Of a DNA stretch of 64,000 bases, positions 40,811-52,301 are shown piece after piece. Where the stretch lies: assembly GCA_973895155.1 (NCBI GenBank), contig OZ316895.1, positions 11,909,829 to 11,973,828 of the forward strand. The letters are read 5' to 3'. Positions within the stretch are counted from its first letter, which is position 1. The number at the start of each line of letters is the position of its first letter. A program made the translations under genes and the position numbers. The DNA is from Marsupella aquatica. Its lineage: Eukaryota; Plantae; Marchantiophyta. The notes under the pieces were generated by a model. That model did no database searches, was not told where the DNA came from, and saw only the letters and a list, made by a program, of their open reading frames with translations.

Positions 40811-43800
40811 TTTGGATCGTAATAACATAAGAAAAATGTTCTCGTCTTGTTTCATTTCCCTAAGCGACCAATATTTAATGTTTTGCGCACCAAGATGCAG
40901 ACCAAGATGGCACAGTGTTAATCTGTTTACTTAAAAAGATATCAACCCTCATTCCCTCATGTGGTTAAAAAAAGAATCAGTACGGTAATCAGAAGAATCT
41001 TTAAAAAAGAAGTACTAAAACTAACCGGCACGGCTTGTTCGTTATGGAGCGTTGATCTTTGTTGACGGCAGGGTGGAATTGGTCGATGGGGAAGGTTCGC
41101 CGCAGCACCGCTTTATCCCAACCGCAACCGAAAGGCCTCCAAATTTGGAAAGGTTGCATTTAAAACCAAAAAAACTAAAGAAATAAAATCTGGAAGGATT
41201 GGCAAGGAAAAGAGAACAAATCCTCACCTGAAAAGTGCCATGTGGGGCCGTAACGCCCAAAACAGCCATGAAACATTAAAGCCCATCAACTCTTTCTCAT
41301 TAATGAGAGGTGATTATATTTATATTGTTTATTTTTGTCATTGTTGAAGAAAAAGGTGATAGATTGGATTAAGATTGCCCCGCCCTTTGTGGACTGTGGA
41401 GTGCTCTCTGTTCTCCTCGGTTTGCTCCCTCTTTTGTGGAGTGCCGCATGCTATTTACTCAGAATTTGTACCTCATAAAAAACATTACTTCCAAGCTCAG
41501 AACTCAGAAGCTTGGATGGACCATAATGGGACAAATAACTCTTGTAGTCGACCACAACCAAACGGACCTTTTTGTGTACATGTCACATTTTTGGCACATC
41601 AAAATATGACATATACTATGTATGACACCCCTGCATACAGTGATAATATTAGCTTCTTCTTTTTTCAATCAATGAATGCAATCACATTTTGATGTGTGAT
41701 TACCAGCAGGGCACATTTTTGGCCCACATAGATCGTTCTCCAAGCATTGTTTTGATCACTCTTGTTGTCTCAAAAGTTGTAGGTACATCTGAATGCTTTT
41801 TCTTCTTTTAATTAAGAGAGGGGAAGCAAGTGGCCAAGCTGCAAAGGTCTATCTGGCTTGCATATTCAAATGTTCTGATCTACCTGAGTGTAACTTGAAT
41901 AAAATAAAATTTGGCAAGGGATCTTGATTTCGTGCAAAGCCGCTTTCATGAAAACAATTCAAAATATTCATCATGCAGCCAAATTGAGCAATGGAACTTC
42001 TGTTTTTTTCCAATGGGGAATTGTTTTGGTGCCCTGCAGGCAGTAGCAAGCCTACTTTGGTCGTCAAAGTCTATGATCGGGATACCAACATATATATATT
42101 ACACAGTCGAAGAACAAAAAATGCTAAATCTGGAAAGAATATCCCAAAGACAGGTACCCAACAAAGTATATAAAACAAGGGGAGAAGAGATGCCACGAGC
42201 CTAAAACTCATGGGGACGAGGTGACATCAACGTAAGCTCACTCAAGTGAGACGCACTCTACAAACTGTAGAGAAGAGCTGGAACAAAGATACATCACACT
42301 GCCAAATAAGGAATAGATAGAGTCAAACCTGGAGACATGAACCCAAAGGCCAAAGACCTAATAAAGGGTGAAACCAAGTTTGTATAAAGGTCAAGATGCA
42401 TTAAAAAATGGAACAATCAAGGAAGGAGAAGGGAGATATTGAAGGAGCGATGGCCTCTGATTAGCTGAAGCATGCAATGGACCACAGGACGGGCCAATCA
42501 AGAGCTGGGAAGGGCAAGGTTCTCAGGACATGGGCTCTGTGTCCATTCATTCCTTTTGTTTTGGAAATCAAAAATAGGTGGGTCCATTTTTACCTCAAAG
42601 ACAGGGGAATAAGCTCCAAGGTACTTTTTTTTCCCGGGGAGAAAGGAATTATAACCCTAGTAAAGTCGGTGCACCAGCTAGAAATGTAAAGAAAAAGCTT
42701 GAGGTTCTAGTGGGAACCCGGGTTCCCTCTAACACATTCCTATACTCGAGGACCTTGAAATCAATTAGCCCCCCTACTCAAGTCTCGAAAAACCCTTGAA
42801 GTTGAATAAGAGAAAGAAATATAATTTCAGGCAGAAATGTAAAGTAGAAGAATACCGGATGCATTCTAGGCCATGATTGTGTGAGCTTGAGCAATTGGTT
42901 GGCACTCATGGAATGGTACCAACTACTGTAGTTGATGGAAGATTAACCTCTCCAAGTTCCTGTGGCTATCATTTGTGTTTGACCGGGTGTTGGCTGCAAT
43001 GTGGAGACGCCAACTTCATGGAAGCGTGCATGGCCAAGAAGGATAATATGTTGATGTCAGGCCAACGTGGTGAGGATAGTTGGGGACCTACTACAAGGGA
43101 TATGAACCAAAAGGTCCAAAACTGCTACCAAAATAATTCAATCTACCAGAACAACTGTAGACCTCCAATAATAACTGAAACCATGACAAGATGATATTTA
43201 TTCCATTGAACTTTGGTCCCCCCGAGGTCTACCTTATCCCAAACATTTGCTGAAATAGTGTGACAATGACTAGGAGTCTAGGTACCTCATTCAATAGATG
43301 AAGACTACAGTAGGTAGTCTTGACATTTGGAGCCTTCTAACCTGTGAGAGAAAAAACTACATTCTGTGAAGTGTTAGAAAATTATGTCGGGATACACCCC
43401 AATTGGCATAGATTGTGAGCAAAATATGGAAATTGCTCAGGTAATGAATTCTACACTAAAGAATAAGAGTAATATGCAAATTGAAATCTGGCAGGACGGT
43501 GATTGTGGATGCCTATTTTTTGAGCAGGATTTCTCCACAACCTCTCAACGTCTCAAGAATACTTTAGCTCATTAAAAAATGCATCAAATGAGCATTTCAA
43601 CAAACCAATTTTGATCGATTCCAATGACATTTAAAAATGTTATGAGTGCCAATAATAAGAAGGGTTTCATGGTGTCCTTGGCTGGGTTGGGCAGTCAATT
43701 GGAGAACTTTTTGTGTGTTTGTGATTGTAAAAGCAGGTGAGGTCCATCCAAATGACATGGCTCAGGGGCAAGGTTAGCATTTTAAATTTTGGATGACAGC

Positions 43801-44312
43801 AAAAACAACAAGTGTAAGGGAGCAAAGCACTACCTGGACCCACACAATTTGGATAGACCATCCTCAAACATTGTCTTCAACTCAAATAGTATCTTTACTT
43901 TGCAACTTGTTCACACTTTTGGGACTCAAATGGTGCTCGGTATGTCCAATTAGAATGGTCAAATATTGTGGTCCGTCCCAGCATCAACTTCAGCATAAAA
44001 AACTCCCGAAAAAACTTGACAACCAAAATTGGAAATAGATAAATCCAAAGCATAGAGACTTGGCAACCCAAGAACTAATTGCAAGAGTAAAACCAAGGCC
44101 AGGTTTACTGCAGTGCAAAAGTGGGGGTAGTTCTTGTTTGAGTTGTCTAAAACATGACTTATAATTTTCTGTCTTATGGCAATAGAAACGAATAGGTAGC
44201 TCTCAGGTTGAACTGGTTTAATTTAGGCAAATTCACTAAACAATTGTTAGCTTTTGGAACACACTTGCTTAATGTGGCCATTATCAGCCATATTGAGGAA
44301 GAACTTGTCGTT

Positions 44313-44558
44313 GTTCCCATTTCACAGTGACTAAATTTTTTGAACATTTGCATTTTGGGCAGCTACTGTAGCTATTCTGAACACTGTGCAACCATAGCTA
44401 ACATGTAAGCTCATGATGCACACTTAAACTATATAGTTCCCATTTCACAGTGACTAAATTTTTTGAACATTTGCATTTTGGGCAGCTACTGTAGCTATTC
44501 TGAACACTGTGCAACCATAGCTAACATGTAAGCTCATGATGCACACTTAAACTATATA
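44313..44558. repeat. Perfect tandem duplication, 123 bp x2
   Basis: GTTCCCATTTCACAGTGAC...CACTTAAACTATATA at 44313-44435 and 44436-44558. Confidence 0.95.
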
Positions 44559-45269
44559 TCACATTGCCAAAGAATGAAAAGCTCCAAACCAGGAGATGGA
44601 AGGCAGGAGACCGAATAAAGGGGACAACACAAGGTAGAAACCTCAGGACAACAACAGATCCAAAAAGCCAGAGAGTACTCCACATTGGCAACTAAACTAA
44701 ATGCCTACCGAGCAATAAATTGAAAGGTCGGGTAAAGGCTTGATTCGAGTGACCCCATAGTTAAAAATTTAAGCCCACTTGCTTGGATTGTTCATATTTG
44801 CCTGTAGGAAAGTCAATGTCACTTTTGGAATTTGCGTCAACTATCAAAAATATATACACATACTTTTTACAGAAAAAGGCCAAATAGAGTAGAAAAAGGC
44901 CAACTATCACCTTGCCTTGTGAGTTCTTGCCAACATCCACTTGGAGGTTGAAAAGTTCAACAGTGAGAAACCTTTCCAGAGTTAAAGCTGTAGAACAAAA
45001 TCTTTCTTTTTCCTTTTCTTATTTGAAGGCACCAAGCCTGGAGCGTGTCATTTGCGGCAAATGTCTTGGGCTTCTATTTACTCACTACTCTTTGTAAAGG
45101 TGTTTTGACATAGAGTCCAAGGACTCGTGCAAAAGCTATGCGTGCAGGTACGCCATCTCCCATTCGTGACCTAGTCCATATTGTGAAGACCTACTGTACG
45201 CCTTAAATTATTGGATAACATAAATTTTTGTTATTTAGATTGTGCTTGTGAGTAGGGACAGGTAAGGAG

Positions 45270-45368
45270 AGATACCCCTGTTCATACACCCACTGGTATT
45301 GGGACTAGTGTGGTATGAGATACTCCTGTTCCTACCCACTGGTATTCTGGACTAGTGTGGTATGAGAT
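45270..45368. repeat. Tandem duplication, ~47-bp unit x2
   Basis: GATAC.CCTGTTC..ACCCACTGGTATT..GGACTAGTGTGGTATGAGAT occurs twice. Confidence 0.8.
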
Positions 45369-46244
45369 TGGATATATGGAATGGAGTATGATTTAGTCAT
45401 GATGTTGTTTTAGCTTAATTATGAAGGACTATCTTCTTTGTTTTAGTTACTCTTTCTTGGTTTTTAGGGGTTTCTTTTTGCTCACTTCTTTTAGTTCCTC
45501 TTTCTTGGTTTTTCGGGTTTCCTTTTGCTCACTTCTTTTGCGTTTGGTTTTGTCCACTTGGGACCTCTCTTGTTTATTCTTTTGTACTCTATTTGGCCTT
45601 TTTTTGTATAAAGTATGTGTATATTTTTTTCTTTGTGGGGAAAACAGTTGCTGAGCCCTAACAACTTTTTAACTAACCATTTTTACTATCCTATCCTCCA
45701 AACGCTTTGAAATTATTATACTATCCCAAATCAGGTTTGCACCCATCAACCCCCTATATGGGTTGGAAAGTGCAAGTGTCTACTACTGTCTACAAGCAAG
45801 AACTATCAAATTTTGGTCTCCCTCATTTCCCCCACTTTTAATGTTGGAGGGGGTTAGCTTGGAAAAAATTATGAGCCTCCACGTCTTTACAAACCAGTAG
45901 TGTGCCCTCTTGCGTTAGTCTAGTCTGGCTAGACCAACCCAAAAACAAAATGAAGGCAACCTGATAAGTAAATTAGTTTTAGGGGCAGGGTAACAACTCT
46001 GAGTCCTTTAGGGGATAGGGAACTTAAAAAGGTTCTTAGTAGATATAAAAGCAAAGACGTAGGATAAACACTTCATTCAAAAAATATGAGGGGGAAACGC
46101 CTTAGTGGCGGACTTGGTTAAATTTAGTCACTGTGCACTCTAATCCCAAGCAGTGTTTGTTTGGATAGGAGGAACTCAGACTCATTTGTTATGGAGTTAG
46201 TTGTGCGATAGGGAGAGCTTGTATTGAGGAGACTTGGTATGGAC

Positions 46245-46531
46245 CTCGGGGGTCTCACTATGTGGATGCCTCCCCATCACCTGCAATGTTTCTAGGCCTC
46301 GGACCCTCTAAAATGTAAGAATTTTTTTTTTCATTTTTCACCCCTATAAAGTTGGAATATTCCAAAATTTTGGTTACAAGGACCCTAATGTTCTTATAAG
46401 TCTCAAAATTTGATTTAAAATATTTTATTGTTCTTCTCAAAAAATTCTTAAGTCTTCTCTTTGAACCAATAAAATGACCCTATACTTCATTGCACATGAT
46501 GTGCCATTTTTGTAAAAGTGAAACCCCCGAG
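46245..46531. mobile_element. MITE (~287 bp), copy 1, 8-bp TSD (hAT-like)
   Basis: TIR CTCGGGGGTCTCAC / GTGAAACCCCCGAG. Flanks GTATGGAC/GTATGGAG match 7/8. Confidence 0.7.
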
Positions 46532-46976
46532 GTATGGAGGATGAGTCTAGAGTGCAATAAAGCTCTCTTGTGTTCCCACGGGTGTTCCCGAGAATGTAAC
46601 CTCAACTGAGGTGAACCACACATCTCTTTGTGTCAACTACCTGTTTGTTGGATGATCATGGGCTTGCAGTTGTGAATGTCGTCTTTGCTTGATCTTTAGT
46701 GGCCATGTTTGATTTTTGTTCCTTGCCTTGTGCTTGCATCTGACTTTTTTCCTTTGTGCACATTTTTGGTGTTTCCTGTACAAGGCTTGTCCACAAGCCA
46801 GATTCTACATGTATGCACTGTCCTTAAAAACCATGTGTCAGGGTTTCATAGTGGCTAGTTAATGATTTAAAATTGGTTTAAAATTTTGATTGTAACAACC
46901 AACCTTAAGATGTGAAAGTAAGAAGACCAGATACATGCAATTATGTACACAAAGGCTCCCAACACCAAGATTCCCC

Positions 46977-47266
46977 CTCAGGGGTCTCACTATATGGAGG
47001 TCTCCCCATCACCTGCGACATTTTTAGGCCTCGGACCCCTTGTAATGTAAGAATGTTTTTTAATTTTTCAACCCGTATAAAGCTGGAATATTCCAAAACT
47101 TTGATTCAAAATACCCTAATGTTCGTATCAGTCTCAAAATTAGATTTAAAAGACCCTATTGTTTTTCTGAGAAAATTCTTAAAATTTCCCTTAGAACCAA
47201 TCAAACGACTCTATCCTTTCTCGCATGTGATGCACTATTTTTGTGAATTGAAGTGAAACCCCCAAT
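46977..47266. mobile_element. MITE (~290 bp), copy 2 of the same family
   Basis: Colinear with copy 1. TIR CTCAGGGGTCTCAC / GTGAAACCCCC. Flanks GATTCCCC/GACTCCCC match 7/8. Confidence 0.7.
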
Positions 47267-48709
47267 GACTCCCCATGCCCTTCCCTACTCACACATGTTG
47301 TCTAAATATCAAAATTTTATGTTCCCAGAGATATAAGGGTCTTTGGCTTCACTCTACAGAGTAAGCTATGAACATTTAATTTTGAGCTCAAGTTGTAGTA
47401 TAGAATGTCAGCTTTGTTAAGGATTGCTCTTAGTCTTGTGACTCATAGGTTACGGCACTTAGGCTAACCACAGTTAGGATCTTAGCTGAGGTTAGATTAG
47501 TCGTGTGTGACCTTGTATATACCAGGGCTAGTGTAAGCCGCTGGTGTGTGGTGCTTACTGATTGTAATAGAGCAACTTGAGGAAGAGGGAGAGGATGTGT
47601 GTTCGTCTACTCTTGAAGTAAAGCTTGAGTGTTCGTGTGGACGTAGCCTTGGAGAAGAGGTGAACCACGTAGAGATTGTGTCGACTACGTGTGCATGGAA
47701 TGAGTCATGGTTGTATGGTCGTTGCGAATGACGTCTTAGTTCAACAAGCTTTGGGGAGATGCAACTACATTTGTAATCTAGTTCATTTCTCTTTCTGCTA
47801 TGAATATTTAGTCCTATAGCTCTTACTTCTCATTGTGCTGTTTTTCCGCATGTGGGAATGGCTACCAAAATCTGCAAGAAACCACATGCAATACACAATA
47901 ATTGTTTTTTGATTGAAATTAGCTAAATTTTTAAACAGTGTAGAAGGTACAAGAAGGTCATATAGACTCAAACTTGGTCACAACCAATCTCTAGAACTCT
48001 CTTTCCATAGAACTCTCTTTCCATAGAACATTAATATATACCTTTCATTAAGTAAATAGGTCATTAATATACTTTTTTTCTTTCATAAATAATTAAGAGT
48101 ATACTATTAGGTTACTTAGGATAGGGCGTATCCCAAAATATACACTATTGCCCTTGATGATTTGCACTTTGTTTGAGGAATTAGTAGCAGTTGTGATGGT
48201 TGTTTACTACTTGATGGTGATGCCATTCCTGACTCAATTTCCTGGTCCTGCCTTGTCTTGGTCCTTTTGCTGGTGCTGGATTTTGAATTCCATACATCAA
48301 ATTGTGCTCTTGCACCTTCCTAAAAATATTTGCAGTTGCCACTGTCAACATGGCCCATCATTTGTAGTGGTGCTTCAATTCTCTCGGTATAGAGCAAAGA
48401 GGACCATCCATTTTATTAAAAAGGGCCAAACAAAGTAAAAGCAAAGGGGGTGGATAGAAGAGAAATACTAAGCTCAGAACTGGAAGCCAGCAAAGACCTA
48501 GAAACAAGAAAAACCTAAGATTGAAGTAAGATCTATCACTGCAATAGGTGACATCTCCTGGTCCACATCTGATGTGGTAATCAAGTCTGCAAGTGGTATT
48601 TTTTTTGTCTGTATAAAGCTTACTCTCAATGGGGGAAAAGGGAAACTGAAAGACTTGGCCTTCAAGATATTAAACACATTAATTGCATGACCCATGATGG
48701 CTTCCTGCC

Positions 48710-49230
48710 GGACAGTACACAAGTCCAGAGCTGTAGTCTAGGGGGGGCAGGGAGAGAGGATGACAACAGACAATGACATTTGTGAGGTGGTGACCGCCAT
48801 TGCCAAGGATATGGTGTACAATGTCACTACAGAGCAACGACATGTACTACTGGCCCAGGATGGTGTTCCAAATCAACGGCAGGCTAATCTGGTCTTCTCC
48901 TGGGCTGGAGTTTGGACACCTGTAGATGTGGTTGTTGCTGATCCTCTAAGTAGGACCAATGTTGCTGCCCATGTAGTGAGACAAGCTGCTACCAAGGTTG
49001 CCTAGCACAAGGAGGAGGCGAGTGCAGCACATTACCCCAGCAACCTGTTATACCCACCTGCTTTGAGATTTTTGGAGCTCTACACCCTATATTTGATCAA
49101 TTCCTTCAGGACAACGGGGTCCTTTGTATAGAGCAGAGGCTTTATCATCCCATTCTGTAGTCCTTTAGACAGGAGTGTTTGTTGCACTTCAAAGGGCTAT
49201 TGTATTCACTATTCTAAGCTGGGGCGATGG
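48710..49230 (+). pseudogene. Decayed 3' end of an RLE-encoding (CRE-like) non-LTR retrotransposon
   Basis: Translates across frameshifts and stops as GER..DNDI..V..IA....NVTTEQ..RQANLV...DVVVADP...AATK..YP.A.EIFGALHP.FDQFL..FRQ..VALQR. This is the motif order of the restriction-like endonuclease domain. Confidence 0.6.
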
Positions 49231-51960
49231 AGTGAAATAAATTAGAGCTTATAGTCAAATCCTCATCATGAGCCTCCTATGCACTTTACCCCAAAGATTT
49301 ACCACTTTTTTAGGTTTGTCAGGCAAGGCAGTAGGATAAACTAGAGCCACTAGTCAAATCCCTCATCATGACGCACCTATGCAGTTTACCCCAATGCTTG
49401 CTTATCATGACCCACCTATGCAGTTTACCCCAATGCTTGCTTTTAGATTTGTCCCCTGTACTACTCTAGGTTCTTGGTTTTTGTTTTCCCCCTTTATTGA
49501 GTCTCCTCCCTTTGGATCGTGTCTCCATGATGGGGACCTTTTGATTCTTGGCACTTTGATATATAGGTATATACACATGTATTGCTCCCCTATGGATTGT
49601 CTCATGGAGACAATGATGGGGACCTTTTGGTTCTTGGCACTTTGATATATACACACGTATTGCCCCCCTTTGGATTGTCTGCCGCTGAAGCAGGATCTCA
49701 ACTTTGACAACCCATAGAAAGATCTGTATGAAATTTTGCCCAGTCTTCTGTAGAGATGCCCTCAATGGTGGTAGGACTTTGCTGTTGTGAATTCTGGAGA
49801 AAGGTGCCAGTCTGAACTTCTGTGTTTGGGGTCACTGGGGATGGCTGTTGTAGCATCACCTCTGAGCTACATTTTTCTGACGCTTCTCAGGCCTAGTACT
49901 AAGCTAGATGGCTTTCTTCAATCTCGTCTGCCCAGTCGCCCGGATATGGAGGTTCGAGGATTGCCCACGTGGATCCTGCAATTGGGTCATTCACGAGGTA
50001 AGGGCTCTGTGAATTGTCACACCTGAGTCCTACATCCAGACAGTTTCGGAAGCTGGAAATTGTAAAACCTTATCTTCCCTTGGCAGATGTTTGCATTGAT
50101 CCATAGTTAAAATTGTTCACTGTCACGCTTTTTGAGCGAGTTGAGATCAATTTATGAGCAGCAACTCCTGTTGCTATCTACACCTCTTTCGACTGCCAAT
50201 CGCAAATTCCGGGTAAGCAACACTCACATCTTGTAGTGCCATGTAGAAGGATCAATGTATCGATCAGTAGACTCTGGCCCTGTTTGACCTCCTAAGAGCT
50301 TCCAGAATCGAATTGCATGTGCTGCCATTCTACGTCGTGAGGCTTATTGTTTTACGCTTCTGGTAAAGCATAATTTTGATATCTGCAGGAGAATGATTAC
50401 GAATATTGAGCTGTGATGTGACTCCAGACGAGTGAAGGTACTTCCTTAATGTCGGTAATCCCACAGATTTCCAGAGCTAGGATGGGGTGTTAACCGAAGA
50501 AGGTTAACAACGTTGAAGAGTGGCTTATTCTCCAAATGAGAAACTTTGTTTTCGAATCAAGAAAGTTGCACCATGATTGTAATGAGCATGACTCCGTTTC
50601 TCCAGAATTAGTTGATCCAAGCAACAGTGGCCTCCTCTACCAAAGCTCTTCTCAGGAAATGTGCTTTGTTTGAGTTTTCCAAAAAGGGAAGAGTGATTCC
50701 TCCTTGACTTGATGGTTGTGTCATAGTTAGATGTCCTTATAACGTCTCACGTCCCATCCTTCTCCCACGAGCAAGATAGTGTGATTGATTGTTGACTACA
50801 CTCATTCACTATTTATCATCGTCTTCACTCATAGGCTTTGGTCGAGCGAAAGAGCAATGCGGTCATCGGTAGTTACAGTCCAAACGGATGTTCTCTGTCG
50901 AGACAACTTGTTTCTCTCCATCAGGAAGGAAACTAGTCACAAGATCAATTGTTCACTCCTGTTGTACCATGTACTTCTCTGGACGTCCAACTTCTTTGTC
51001 TTAAATCAGGAGCCCAACTGCCTTTAGAGCCTATCGTCTGGTCACTGGAAAGCAATTATGATCCAACTTCAGCGTTACTCATGCCTGGAATCCTTATTCT
51101 TATTGTGTGGTCACGAATGCCATCTACTAGAATCACCGAATTACTTAGCGATTGACTCGAACAACAACAGCTACATCTCCATCTCCATATCTCCGAACAA
51201 GAAGTGGCCCTCCAATGACCCTCCAATTGTCCTCAAATTTCCTGTGGTGAAAAAAAGTCACAGGTGCAGCAAACCTCCTTTGGAGCCTTCTTGCTTATCG
51301 AAAACATTTTAATTAATTCGGCGGTTTATTTGCTCAAGATATTCGTTGCCAGACTGCTCAGAAGGCCTACATTGCTCCTCAGATTGTGGTCTCTCCTCCT
51401 CACACTCAGACTCAAATTCTTAGCCTTCTAATTGCCGACTCCAAACTGAGATCAAAGCTTAAATGCTGCCTCAAATTCTTCACCTCCTCATTGCCGACTC
51501 CAATCTAGGATCAACACGTCACGGCTGTGTGAAATTCTCATTGGAAGAAAAAGCCACGACTGTGTGAAGTTTTCCTCACGATGCATAAGTAAACCTGGAA
51601 GTGCCTTGTCAATGCACGGGTGACAACTTTTATATGTGCATAACCTACATGATCGATTTCTCTCCCTTCAACTCTCATAGTCGTCATTTTCCCAAATTTT
51701 TGCACAGTTGGTCCATAGGACTCTAACTGGAAAGAAAATGAAAATGTCATAATGGATCTGTCGATGTTAGGTGGGAATTTGCTTCGAGTTCAAGAAACTT
51801 CAAAAATGTCCCTTCCGGGATCAGTCTCTCTTAATGCTATGAGGGTGTTTCGAGTGCTGTGCAGAAATAACGGACTCGAGAAGCAATCCAACGTATTGTG
51901 TTAGTCATAGTGCTTTGTTTACAGAATAAGTCGAATGATACACTCTATTCCACTACTGTG

Positions 51961-52245
51961 TGTTGGAATATCTCATGTCTAGCTCCGATCGTTGCTGGCT
52001 CTGTCGTCTTGCACCCTTGTATCACGCTGGCACCTTTGCGTTAATCTAGGAGTAGATCAGTGTACATTAATTAGCAAAAGCACTTAGCAGCTGTAGTTCT
52101 GCATCCCTTGCGTTTACTTATTGTGTGACTCTAAGCGAGTCACGTAATCCTCTTATCCCAGCTCCACGGGTGATTCATTTTGTACTTAACGCCTCTCAAC
52201 TGAGGCAGTAATCAGAGTTTTCAATATTATTTTGAACTTTCTTCA
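51961..52245 (+). repeat. 5' LTR
   Basis: TGTTGGAATA...CTTTCTTCA, with 6 substitutions relative to the 3' LTR by manual comparison. Confidence 0.97.
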
Positions 52246-52257
52246 TGGTATCAGAGC
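52246..52257 (+). other. Primer binding site (initiator tRNA-Met)
   Basis: TGGTATCAGAGC lies directly after the 5' LTR. Confidence 0.95.
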
Positions 52258-52301
52258 TCAGCTCTAGAGAACTCTCCAAGGCTTAGACTTCTGCTATCAC
52301 T

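Noticed and set aside
46245-47266. Pair of direct repeats as LTRs of a TRIM
   Set aside because: There are no TG..CA ends, PBS or PPT, and each copy has its own TIRs and TSD.
49800-51500. Coding-like composition suggesting a decayed gene
   Set aside because: I could not identify any motif or sustained ORF, so a translated search would be needed.
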